NCBI GenBank assembly: GCA_044892525.1
Contig: CM097885.1
Location: 162,502,001-162,566,000 of the forward strand
DNA: 64,000 bases
Source of the DNA: Schmidtea polychroa
Lineage: Eukaryota
Reading direction: 5' to 3'
The translations under genes and the position numbers were made by a program. Under the pieces are notes generated by a model. That model worked only from the letters and a program-made list of their open reading frames with translations, was not told where the DNA came from and did no database searches. Shown here piece by piece: positions 48,184-60,743 of the stretch (position 1 is its first letter; the number at the start of each line of letters is the position of its first letter).

Positions 48184-51100
48184 GTGAGTAAATCGTTAAT
48201 TGCATGACTGATTAACCGAGTAATCGGATGGAAATTTGTCGAAAACTAAACCAAACACATTACTCCAGAAAATAACTAATTAATTTCTCTCTAAACTTTG
48301 CTTTCCACTATATCAGAACAGTGTAATAATTTTTTTTTCTTTAAATACACAACATAAAATAAATTGTCAATTTTGATTTAATGAAGCGAAGGGAAATTAT
48401 TTTCATCCTATTGGAATTATGAGAACTGTTTATCTTTGCTACCCAGACGCGACAACGCAGATGGCCGAGAAAAAAATTTAAATCTCTTTTTCATTGAAGG
48501 AAATCGTAGATGAATTTTACACCTGGCCATATAGACCAAGAGCTCCCTACAGCATGCAGCTAAATGATGGATAGTTCTAGCGAACCGTATGATTTTTTCT
48601 TCATTCTTCATAAAGATAAGAGACGAAATTTCATTGACAATTGAAAAAAATAATAATAATATTTATAATAATTTTTTCTGATTTTAGTTAAAATTTTTGA
48701 TTTTTATTAACATTTTNNNNNNNNNNNNNNNNNNNNNNNNNNNNNNNNNNNNNNNNNNNNNNNNNNNNNNNNNNNNNNNNNNNNNNNNNNNNNNNNNNNN
48801 NNNNNNNNNNNNNNNNNNNNNNNNNNNNNNNNNNNNNNNNNNNNNNNNNNNNNNNNNNNNNNNNNNNNNNNNNNNNNNNNNNNNNNNNNNNNNNNNNNNN
48901 NTTTTAATTTAAAGTAAATCTATTAATTAAATATTAATTAATTTACTTATTAAAATCATAATGGTTCAGCTTAGAGTTACTCAAAAAAATTATTCATTAA
49001 CGGAGGCTAGATATTTTTCAAACCCTTGGGATAACAGTGCCCTAATACGTGAATACATAAACGCGCGTAAAATTTAAGAAGTATTAAATTGAAATTAAAC
49101 AGCATTTTTCTCCTGGGAGATTTCATAATATCATTCAATGGATCGAGCACATTAATAATTCCTCAATCCATAAAACATGAGCTATTAGGTTACAAAATTA
49201 TACGCATTTTTTCTCTATGGTGTACTCAGTTTATACATTATCTTTCCCTTGTTTAATAAAACAAATATAAGTAAATAAATTCTATAACACCTGAAATTTG
49301 ATTACTAAAAAATAATAATGTCATTTTTCTTTATTTTCATGGTTATTAACAATATAAAAACTACATTACACGGGCCCTTGGATTCGAGAATTTATTTGCT
49401 ACGAAATTCAAAAAGCGATTTTTTTTATTTTGCGATGCAAAGATGTACTTTGGACTTACCGCAGGAAAATACTGGTGCAGTCTTATAATTAACATTTTTA
49501 CGTGTCCCTCTGTTGGCAATCTCATGATAGTGATGAAGACCATCTAAAGAAATACATGATCAAGGGATACTGTGAGTGACATGATCTCTTATTGTCATAG
49601 TAAATTCCTCATATTTTGAACTAGAAGAAAGTCAACTTCTTTTTCTTGGCTTATTATTTTTTCCTTCGAGAAGAAGGGCTTCAATGATACTCGTTTTGAA
49701 TTCTTACAGTATATCTCGAAATCTCTACGATAGGGTAACCAAGAGCTTACAACAGTTAAATTTATGAAATGAAAAAAATGTTGGTGATAATATTTTCTCG
49801 ACCTGGTGTAAAAAAAATAAATAACAGTTTATTTCAATACAATAAACACCTATATTAAATATAGTTCACACTAAAAAAGAGAGCTCAGGCACCATCTTCC
49901 CATTTTATATATCCTTTAACATTCAATGAAACATCTTCAGCTTCAAAAGCTTCTGATAACACTAAAAAAATTTGACAAACTACATAGAGGATGAGCTACG
50001 TATATGTTCTCTATAAATATGGTAACTGGGTATAACTGAAGCTTTTGTTGCTAGTTTAGCCAAGCATTTAATTTCTGTTTTTGAGAGACCAATTTTTGAT
50101 AATATTGGGTCATTAGCCCGGTCCCATGATCCAATTAGTCCAATTACTAACGCCGAGATCGTTGTTTTACTTTCCAATTTGAAATCCTATACTCATTATC
50201 GAAATTTTCACTATCCTCATATGGAACTTTCAGGTCTAAAATATGGAAAAATTATTTCTTTGAGGCTTTATTAGTACATCTGGTCGGACTGTTGTTTCAA
50301 TTCCTTCTGGAGGCATTTCAATATCTCCATTTATGCCTATTGATCTGAGATATTCTCCAACAACTTTTAGAATATTTGAATGTTTTTTTCTTCTGAAATT
50401 TATTCCATTTAGGCCAACGTTTCCCAAAGTGTGGGACGCGACCCGGCACCGGGCCACAGGAAAGTTCAGCAGGGTTGCGACAAAAGTTGTAAAAACACAA
50501 AAAACTTTCCATTTCATATTATTACATCGGCTAGTCACTAGGNNNNNNNNNNNNNNNNNNNNNNNNNNNNNNNNNNNNNNNNNNNNNNNNNNNNNNNNNN
50601 NNNNNNNNNNNNNNNNNNNNNNNNNNNNNNNNNNNNNNNNNNNNNNNNNNNNNNNNNNNNNNNNNNNNNNNNNNNNNNNNNNNNNNNNNNNNNAATTCAA
50701 ATGGAAAGTAAGCGAGGAAAAAAAGGCAAATAAAAGCGGGATCGTGCACAGAATCAATAGTAAAGGAAAGTGTGATAGAAACAGTATTAGAAAATGCCAA
50801 AAGCAATTAAGAAAGGCGAGAATCCGGAAATCGGAGAAAAATCAATAAAGGGAAAAATCATCGAAATCGAATGGGAAAAACGGCACAGGTATAGATTAGC
50901 TAATGGTCAACAAGATGATGGTTAGGGATTTATCAGAAAAGGGTTAGGAAGGGTCGAAAAACATTCAAATGTATGAAAACAGAAAACGTTAATTAATTAA
51001 TTAATTGGCTAATGGAAAACCCGAGCTAATGGGAAACCCGAGCCAATGGAGAACCCGAGAGATAAAGGAAACCCGAGCTGGGTAAACAAGAAGAAAGGCA

Positions 51101-54100
51101 AACAAAAGGAAGATTTGGGCCCATTAGCTTGACACAATGATTAATGGGAAAAGAGTAAGGAGAAGATAGCGCGCGTAGGAAGACCGGTAGGGCCATTAAT
51201 TATCTGGATTCGTTGGACCATTATGGATGACAGCCGAAGCAAACACGTAGGAGAAAATGTCAAACGAAAGATTGGCTCGACAATAACCATTTGTCATCCT
51301 GATTTCGAGGAGTATATAAGCAAAGGGAAAATCAGAGAAAATCGGCATTTTGCCTCAGGTAGGGTAAGAAGAATCGAGAATAGTCGAGAGGTAAAAAACG
51401 AATTTAGGGAAGTAGGGAAAAGAAGAAATAGAATTAAGAATACGGAAAGGCAGAAAGGGATCAAACCAAAGAGAAACCGAGGAAAAAGAGAGTCGAGAGA
51501 ACTAAAGGAACAAAAGGTGAATATTGTTTGTTGGCAAAGCATCAACGCCGAGCGGAGAATCGTATAAAACTTTGATTGGTAATTGTAGCGTGATAATAAA
51601 TTGTGAACTTGTTGTTTCAATATACGTTGGGTCGTTCATTGTTTTGATTTAAAGAACACCAGGAGTCAGAGAGAACCGACTTGAAATAATCCAAAACCCA
51701 ACAATATATATATTATATATAGAAATATATAGAAATATATATAGCATATAAATTTGGGAAACGTTGTTATATAATTATTTTGCAATTTTTGTGTAAGAAA
51801 TTAACAAACAAATAGCTTGATTTTTATTAAAAAATAAATGTTTTTCATAAGGTGAGTCGCAAAAAATTTTAAAATCTCGTACCGGGCCGCGGTCAAAAAA
51901 ATTTGGGAAACGCTGATTAAGGCAATGATAAAATATGTTTGCCTGTGTTTCTGGTTGAGTTTTGCAGTGCCTACACATAATATCAAGGTTTTCTTTAAGC
52001 CGGAATGGAGTATATTATAGCTCGAGTATGATGTTCCTAGCTTTAATCAAAAAGTAAAATCGTGGATCAGTTAGACAATCAGATTGGATAAAGATTGAAG
52101 AGTATTCACTATCTCCAATAGATTTAGCTATATGTCCTTGGCAGACCATTATCTTTCATTTTTCTGCATATATATCATGCTCATTAAATCATGCAAGTCT
52201 AAGCAGGTTTCATCCATATTATCTTTATTCATAATTCTAAATCTTTCTGCATAGTCAATTTCTAATACAAATTCATTATCTATTATTTTTAGGTGGATCA
52301 CAATGTTGAACTTCTCTTTTATACGTTTCACCGATTTCCTAAATTATAAAAAGAACAACGCTTTGTTTCCAAATATGATACTTTCTCCATTCATCCATTT
52401 CAACGCGGCATCAATACTTGATCCTCTTTCTCTAAAATAAATTAATTCACTTACTACCATCTTTGTCTTTTGAGTTCAACATTCTTACAAAGTGAACAAC
52501 ACTTTGTATCAGGTATTCGTCTATTGTCTGAGTTATGCCTAGTCCTCCATATTTACAGCTGGCATATGGATATAATTATTATTCATATTCTGAAACTTAT
52601 CCTTAACCATATCTTTTATTATTCTCTTGACTTTCTGATCATCTCCAAGTTGTTTGTCTCTCATTTGCACAGTCCTGTTTCTATCTGTGTCCAACACTAT
52701 ATGATTCAAAATACAATTTCTGAAGCAGAATATGAGTCTCGAATGGACAAATATTTTGTAGGCATAAAGCTTCTGTGATGGGTGCAGATTACATTTCATA
52801 ATAGCTTTGTATCCGCTAAAGCTTCATTCAATATTATAGCTCTTTATCATTGCTATATCAATTCCCAAATATGTATATAGATTATCTTCATTAATAAATA
52901 ACAATTTTTCATCATATAAATAAATAATATTTTCTATTTTGTTCTCATGCAGTTGATAATATCCACATTTTGAAGGTTTAAAATTCAAACAGCACATATT
53001 AGCTGATTCCATAACCTTATTCAATGCCTCAATAATCCCAATTCTTGTATCCGACAATAGAACAATATCATCTGCATATGCCAGAATGCTCAAATTATAT
53101 CCATGCACAAGAAAGGGATTGGAATTTAGCACATTCTTGAGTATTTAGTCAATTGTTAAACAAAACAAAGTCATTGAGATTGGATAGCCTTGCGTAATTC
53201 CTTGTTTAATTGGAGTTTTGCTTGATATCTTTTTCTTGCACTCATAATAAGTAACGACATTCTCATACATATCTTTTAATAGGTTCATGGTTCTGTAATC
53301 CATTAACATTCTTTCTAATACTAACCAAATCATGTAATGGTGTAAACTTCCAAGAGCATCAACAATATCTAACCATATAATGTGTAGATTGTTTTGTCTT
53401 CTTATCGCGTTCTCAATTGCAATTCGTATTGCTAAATGATGCTCTGCACAGCCATCAGGTGCTCCAACTGCTTTCTGGTTTACACTCAATAAATTTCCAA
53501 TTTTTATCCAGTTCAGAATTCTATCATTTAATAAAGTGTCAAAGATTCTATATGCCGTATTCACTATAGCCAAAGGTCGACAAGGTGCTGTCTCGTGGCT
53601 TTTATCTTTTTTCCCTGGCTTCAAGATTAGTCTTGTCCTAAAAATTTCCAGTTATTTGGACATTTCCTATTTCTGAGTATATTATTAAATAATTATATAA
53701 GAAAGTGATAGTTTTGGTCAATCTTTCTTCAATCTCCATAAGTTATCTTATCTTTGCCCGGGGGAGACTTCTCCATTTTGCTCATTATATATTTAATCTC
53801 TTCATAATCTAGTATTTTCTTCTTTAAACATTGGTGAGCTCAGGACTTCCTTAGGTTATAAGAATTGCCAGTTGATGCTTGTAAATGCAGCAACAAATCG
53901 TTCCAGGTTGGGAGCAGCAATATTAATTTTCCTATTCCATAATTTTAGGAGTTCTTCTTTTGGATTAACTTTAAATTTGAATCTCCTTACACAAGTCAGT
54001 TCAAACGCAATCTTTATATTCAAATGAATGGGATCAGATTGTTTTTTAATTTCATATTTTTTGGGTTAATTGTACAGTTGATCCTTTCAATTTCTAGAAA

Positions 54101-57100
54101 TGCCGGCTCATACCGAGCATGATCACTGTCTAGCTGGATAATAAAGTCTTTAATAAACAATCTATATTGTTATATCATCATCCGATCTTCTATTGTTTAT
54201 AATTTCCATTGTAAGATCTTTCATTTCTTTTCTCATTTTTTCAATTTCTGGTCCTGTAACCGCAACACTTGGGTTAAGACATTTTAGAAAATGGCATATA
54301 TAAATTGGGCTGTTGGCAGATGATGTACATCATGGATATATCAATTCTGTCAAGACAACATCCACATTGACTATTATACTCTGGATTGATCAAATAGTTT
54401 TTAGTAGTTCAGTTGCAAACAATTCATGGGCTGGAACGCTTTCACGCAAAGTTGCATCAATCATGGTTGCATATTTTCTTTTTGAGTCCAGATAAAAGAG
54501 GCTCCATGCATTAGTGATTGTCAGTGGGATAATGAACGTTAACGATAAGAATCCTACAGTTTCCCACGAAACACCATTTGTCCACTGCTAGTACATTAGA
54601 TGTTTGTTATAAACTAAAACAAATAAAAAACTACATATAAAAATACTTTCTTTCTACATGCATAATTTTAATACAATAATCAAAATATAAATAAATAAAT
54701 TATTAAATCTAACAATTTAGTTTTATAAGTACCTGCATTTTATTAGGTAAACGCCTTTTAATAAGTAGTAGGTCAAAAAATAAACCTTGTCTTCAATTCT
54801 GCCTCTCCCATAAATAGGGAGAATATGGCAGTTACATTTGGTGCAGTGAAATAACATAACCAAAACACTCGTTAAAATTTTTTATTTTGAATTTTTTTAG
54901 TACCAAACAAAAAAACCCGCCGAGATCGAACAACATTTACAAGACAGCAATTGGAAATATTAGAGCTACATTTTGAGAAAAACAGATATCCTGATATATT
55001 TCTTCGGGATGAAATTTCCTCAAAAATCAACTTACCCGAATCACGAGTCCAGGTTTGGTTCAAAAACCGACGAGCTAAGGAAAGACAAAAGAGTAAACAA
55101 AAACCCAACAGTTATACGGTAAAAGTTTATAAATAATAATTAAATTAGAAATTATATAATTTCTCAAATAAAGATTCAACCCGAACAAATGCCTGCCTTG
55201 CCCGACAAACACATTCTCCATCGAATGACAAGCATGAAAAATGGAAATCATTTAAAGGAGAAAATAAAACTTAGCCAAGATTTGCCAGATAATCGCGGAA
55301 TTAATGATGTGAATTGTGTAAATGATTCCATGAATTCCTCAGATAAATTCTCTAAATCAGACAGCAAAAAAAATCCAAAACCAAAAATTAAAGAAAATCA
55401 AGTAAGCAAAAAAATCATTCTGAATATAATCCAATGGCCTCTCAGTAAATCTGTTATCTTTCACGTCAATTATCTTTTATCAATTTTCTTTATCTTCATT
55501 TCGCTTTCATACAATAAGCTTTTATTTCGACCGTTTTTGGGAGACCATTTAACTGGAAATTAAGACAAATGGTACTAAATGATGCAAACAATGAAATTAA
55601 ATATACAAAGACTCCTTTAAAAATGTATAACTCGAATGTTGCATAGGAAAATTAATTTTTGATCTATAATCATAATGAGAAAAAAAAATTAAACGTTAAC
55701 AGATCAAAGGTAAACAAAAAAATAAAAGACTTTATTAACAATGTAGAATCTTGATGTTTTAAAAAATTGTTCTGTTTAATATAATATCGTACTGGCTTCT
55801 AGACAGGGCCATTCCAAAGTCTTTTGGTACGTCATAAAACGATCTCAATCATAGAGCTACACCTGACAGTTTTTCATACCGATCTCCAAAAAATTGAATA
55901 TTAAATAAAAATTTATAAATTTAAAATAAAAATTAATTGAATATATATTTATATCCATATACAGGCATACTTGAGGTATGATACCTCTAATAAAACTACT
56001 TTAAATTTTATGCACTCTTTAAATTTTATGAAGAAAGAAATTTTTTTCAAATTCGTTATTTTTTATTTCGTATGAACAATTCTATTATGTATATACAGTC
56101 GAGCCCACTTTAGTAGGATCGGGATATCTCGGATTTTGGCGTATGTCGTAGTGTTTTCAAAAGTCAGGATATTAAACTTTTACAATTCATATAAATTTTA
56201 CAACTTAAGTCGTATAAATAAGTCGTATTTTTGATTATCTCGTAGCTATTGTTACTTGCATGTACGAGTATTGTTTATTTTTTCTTTGTATGTATTGATT
56301 TTTTCTACATTCACTCTTCGTACGTAGTTGTACTAATAGATATTTAAAAATAATGTTATTTAAATGTAATTATTAATTTGATAATTAGTTAGTTTTAATG
56401 AATAAACTTTTAAAAATTATATAAATTGAGTTTTGCGATTGCTTTATGAAGTTTATAAAAGCAAGCTACAGACTCAGACGTACAATGAAAAAATATAAGA
56501 ATGAATTGCTCTTGCAGGAACCATTCGTAGATGAAGTCAGTAAATTTAAAGAGAGCTTTGAATCATTTATTACCAAGCTTCTAAAAAACTTCTTTGAAAA
56601 AAAATTAACAAGTGATTATAACTTAGCGGTTTTGTTTTTTTTATATTCCTTATGTTTTTGAATTATGTACCAATCCTCATCCTCTATGTTAGGAAATAAA
56701 TTGGCAACTATCCAGGCATCCAGAATGGGTTAAGTGCCATATAAACTGCAGTTATAACAATGAAATGGAAAGTCATTCATTTTTATTGAATCAACAATAA
56801 ACAAATAATACGGCAAAACCATATATTTGATATAAGTTGTATTTGACATAAATCGTATGAATTTTGGTATTTCTATCAAATCCGACTTAAGCGGGCGAGA
56901 CTGCATAATTACTTTTTTCTAAATAATTTCAGAATTTATTTAAAACACCTTGGCTACTTGTAAATCTTATGTAATTCACAAGAACATCTAAGTCAGTGGT
57001 TCTCAATTAATATAAAAATGCGGAACACCATTCACATGATTTTTTAACGGGAACACCGACAAAAAAATACTTGCCCACAATGAGTGACCAATCACAAATT

Positions 57101-58795
57101 ACTATAAATTTGTTGTAAACGTAAACAATGCCTTCTTATAAGAAAAGAAAATACCACGTACAACAATAAAAAGCATTAAAAACACTTTTATATGTGTATG
57201 TTTATATATCTGTGTAACGGCTTTCTTATTGAATCATCCTATAAAAAAATTAAGTGAGGTTTTTGATGATAAGTATCTTAAATGCAAATTTATAGATAAA
57301 ATGCCATTTTTTTCGCGGAGCACTGGAAGTGTAATCGTGGAACACGGGTTGAGAACCACTGATCTAAGTTATATGCAACCCATATTAAATATTAGTTTGG
57401 ATGAAAGTAACTCATTCGCCAGTATTATTGCATTTAATTTATAATTCGTGGAATATTTGTTTAAATAATTAAAATTCATTAAATAAAAAATCAATTACAC
57501 ACACACAAACACATATACATCTTATTTGTTTTTTATTGAAATATTATATTGAATTCTAATTTAATTTATTGTTTTAAATTAATTATACATTAAATAAAAG
57601 ATATATTTTCAATTTTGATCATTTTTTATTTCAATGCATCAAAAAATATTTATGGAACGGAACTTCATATTCTAATGTGCTTTCTAAATTTTCAGGAACA
57701 CAACCTGAGTGAAAAAGGATGTGTCGATAATCCGTGAATTTCAAAAAAAAATCGATATAATTACTGATTCATAGTCAAAAAATTTTTTCAAATAAATACG
57801 ATCTCAATTGAAAAGAGATCAGAGGTGAAAATTGAAAAAAGTTCTTATAATATATTACTTTATCAATTATAAGTAAACACTATTTATGGAGTCCCTGTAA
57901 TAAGGGCTAACCTGTCTCTAACTTTACATAGTGTTCAGCTCAAGTATAAGTTATTTTATATTATTTACTTTAGTAAACATTTTAGTTAAATTATCGATGA
58001 AATCCTTTTAATAAATTTGTTAATACCTGAAATCGTTTTGCAAATAAAAAAAACGCTTAAATTTAGTTCAATAAAAAATACTTTGCAAATTTATAAATCT
58101 GATAATCTACTGACAAATTAATGAGTAGTTAAAATAAAAACATTAAATAGTTTGGTTAATAAATAAATTTATATTTTTAGAGTTCGAATGGATCAATTAA
58201 AAACATTGGTAATAGTGCCAAATCACTTCCGATCAAATCGGAAACCAACACCATACCCAATTCAAACAATAATATTTCTCCAATAAATACCATTGACTTA
58301 AGATCTCCAGAACAAAAGCCATTTTATCCAGAATATATCAACAAATATTCCAGCTGGCTAAATGGAAACAATGCTTTTGGATGCGACAATAATTTATGGA
58401 GTGCAAGACATAAACCGATAATGTCATCCCATGATAATCCATTTACAACGAGCTGCCTGACCGGACAACATGAAAGGAATTCACTTCTAATCCCATCACA
58501 GAACGCCGAAGTGAACTCGTCAACATCACTAGTGCCTCCGTCAACGAATTTCCTGAGATATTTTGATCATTCTTCCACTGACCAGTCAATAATGGACCCT
58601 ACCTGTAATCCTGCTAATATGTTTTGTGACCTACCAAATGAAGGTTACATAAATGGATATACACACAATTTTTACAATTATTCACCGAAATTCTCCTCAG
58701 GAACATTGTCCAATTACAATGATTCTTATCCACCAACCGCTTCATGGCCTCTTACAATGTCCGGCCACAGAGACTTTGGCCAGTGGACTCAATGA
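47775..58795 (+). CDS. otx: Otx-family PRD-class K50 homeobox protein, 489 aa, 4 coding exons
   Basis: Exons 47775-48183, 54901-55118, 55174-55401, 58181-58795 (1470 nt, GT-AG, phases 1,0,0 consistent); homeodomain [55 protein letters not shown]; AATAAA at 58921. Confidence 0.93.
49023..49760 (-). mobile_element. piggyBac transposase C-terminal remnant
   Basis: LDGLHHYH and [12 protein letters not shown] resemble the piggyBac DGxxHWP and Cys-rich C-terminal motifs. Confidence 0.5.
50415..51915. mobile_element. hAT MITE inserted in the NeSL endonuclease region, itself carrying an LTR
   Basis: TIR CA(A/G)CGTTTCCCAAA; TSD atttaggc/attaaggc; extra right end at 51766. Confidence 0.8.
50694..51703 (+). 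repeat. LTR related to the 14991 family (left end in gap)
   Basis: Same 17 bp AATGG(A/G)AAACCCGAGCT units; U5 GGAGTCAGA..ACCGACTTG..AAAACCCAACA followed by ATAT. Confidence 0.8.
54901..55118 (+). CDS. otx: Otx homeobox exon
   Basis: Complete homeodomain with K50. Confidence 0.97.
55174..55401 (+). CDS. otx: Otx coding exon 3
   Basis: 55 nt intron before; ends CAA|gtaagc. Confidence 0.8.
56096..56903. mobile_element. pogo-like non-autonomous element
   Basis: Imperfect TIR CAGTC..GCCC.CTT.AGT.GGA; TA on the left flank. Confidence 0.65.
56994..57361. mobile_element. hAT Buster-type MITE
   Basis: TIR CAGTGGTTCTCAA; perfect TSD ATCTAAGT. Confidence 0.92.
58181..58795 (+). CDS. otx: Otx terminal exon
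   Basis: ttttag acceptor; open to TGA at 58793-58795. Confidence 0.85.
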   Translation, partial: SSNGSIKNIGNSAKSLPIKSETNTIPNSNNNISPINTIDLRSPEQKPFYPEYINKYSSWLNGNNAFGCDNNLWSARHKPIMSSHDNPFTTSCLTGQHERNSLLIPSQNAEVNSSTSLVPPSTNFLRYFDHSSTDQSIMDPTCNPANMFCDLPNEGYINGYTHNFYNYSPKFSSGTLSNYNDSYPPTASWPLTMSGHRDFGQWTQ

Positions 58796-59228
58796 ATTAT
58801 CCATATATTTATATATATAAATATAAAAAAATATGTTTAATCCAAAAATTTCGTTTTGTATTGTACATGGATTAAATGATAATTAATTTGATTTTTAATT
58901 ATTTTTATAACGTTATAAAAAATAAACATTTTTAGTAATTACTGAAGAATTATGTCTCAAGTTTTGAAAAATAATTTCTATTAAATTAGATTAAATTGAA
59001 TAAATCGGTTAACAGAAAAAGAAAAATTTCAAATATATAGAAACAGTCAATTTTTATCAGTAGCTTAGTCAATTAAGGGGGTATTCAATTCTTTTAATCG
59101 AAATTAATAAAACCCTTTTTTATAAGGTATCAAGAAAGATTTTCACAGGATAAAATTACACATAGACAGAATTACACATTTAATTTTCTTTTAATTAATT
59201 GAAATAAAAAATATAAAAATTGATAGCG

Positions 59229-59644
59229 TAGGAGAGCTACATTCACATCCAAAATGTGTATGCGATCCACTTTTTTAAAAAAAAAAAAAAAGTACTCCTC
59301 CATTTCTTCGCAATAATGATAAGTCTTGGCTTTTTTATTTAGCATTTTTTTATTTAGCATTTTTTTATTTAGCATTTTTAAACAAAAGTAATTTAACAAA
59401 AAAGCTTAAGAAAATTTTTCACTTTGTTACACCAAAATTTTTTTTATTTAGCATTTTTAAACAAAATTAATTTAACAAAAAAGCTTAAGAAAATTTTTCA
59501 CTTTGTTACACAAAAATTTAAGCATAAAACAGAAATTTTATATAAAATCTAAATTTATATAAAAAATATTTTTTTTATGAAGATCTACTAAAAAATCCTT
59601 CGCGATCTACCGGTAGATCGCGATCGACCTTATGGACACCCCTG
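59229..59644 (+). mobile_element. hAT MITE copy 1 (right TIR only)
   Basis: Ends ...GGACACCCCTG followed by GTGTAGTC; near-identical to 62986-63394. Confidence 0.9.
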
Positions 59645-60093
59645 GTGTAGTCAATCCTTTTTATTGTTTATATTATAAATTATAAGAAATAAATAGACCA
59701 ATCAGAATAATTGGAATTTGAAAGTAAATAACGATCAATAAATCTGATCTCTGGGATTCGGATAACTTCAATCTTTACATGGAACAAGGGTGATACCATC
59801 TTTAGTCAATATTTTTCCTATGAAGATTAATAGCCATTGCCTAAGCATTTTCCTGTCGTCCCCAGATAATTTAAAAATTCGTGTTACCATTTGTGTTCCG
59901 AAAAGTAGGATCGTCTCAGGTACATAAATGTCATCATCGCTGGGTAAAGTCAGTCCGTCACATTTGCTAAACGTACTATTTGGTCTACAAATACGGAACC
60001 TTTGATATTATTCGATCCAATCATTATGTCATCCAGTAATTTACCTATGTACTTTCCATTTCGAGCACAATGATTCAAAAGAATGTTCAATTA

Positions 60094-60743
60094 AAACCCT
60101 GTTTCTCGTGTTCGGATAAGAACACAGTTAACCGAACACAAAAGAAGAAATAAAGCTGCTGAAGACGATGATTGGCCTACTGGGGGGGGACCTGGTTCAC
60201 CCTCGTCCAGATGAAAGAGTCCATCCAGAAGGTACTGAGATTGAAACACTGTAGAGATAACCTCTTCGAAAAGAGTCGGACCCAAAGTACCCTCATACAG
60301 GAGCACTTCCAAGCCTTGTATCAAGTGTACACAAAGAACAAACTCGAGGCTAGAATCAAAGGGCTATATTAAGACAAGAGATCTAAGGTGCAGCTGTCAC
60401 CAATAGTTCAGTTTATTCAATGTTGATTTCAAGCTCTACCGCACCAACAGCCCTAACCGCTGAAACAAATGACAATCTAATCGTAATAGTCACGCATTAC
60501 CAGGCCTTCAACTCAAGCGATACGTCCACGTCCTAAGCGCAAACAAATCTCGTGCTCAGGGTCTAACAAACGCAAGCTAGCCAAAGAAGCGGCCGAAATG
60601 GGTATCTTGGCCACCAATATTTGTCCACCGGAGGTCGATCTCCCGATCTCTTGCACGAGCCTTCCTTGGATGTGAAACCAAGAGATCAGTTCAACCTAGA
60701 TGAAATCTTAGTGAATGCTGAGGACGAAATTTTCTGGCAATGA
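60094..60743 (+). pseudogene. LTR accessory protein copy 3 (frameshifted)
   Basis: PCFSCSDKN, GTWFTLVQMKESIQKVLRLKHCRDNLFEKSRTQ, ...ALYQVY, C-terminal NLDEILVNAEDEIFWQ*. Confidence 0.8.

Larger units (their letters stand above)
49980..54595 (-). mobile_element. Degenerate NeSL/R2-group non-LTR retrotransposon (Ulp1-like protease, RT, CCHC, restriction-like endonuclease)
   Basis: [13 protein letters not shown] (Ulp1-like), [61 protein letters not shown]; many stops. Confidence 0.85.

Noticed and set aside
29500-57369. Central TA in the 8 bp TSDs of CAG-ended MITEs
   Set aside because: Real, but the known Buster-subfamily preference; not novel.
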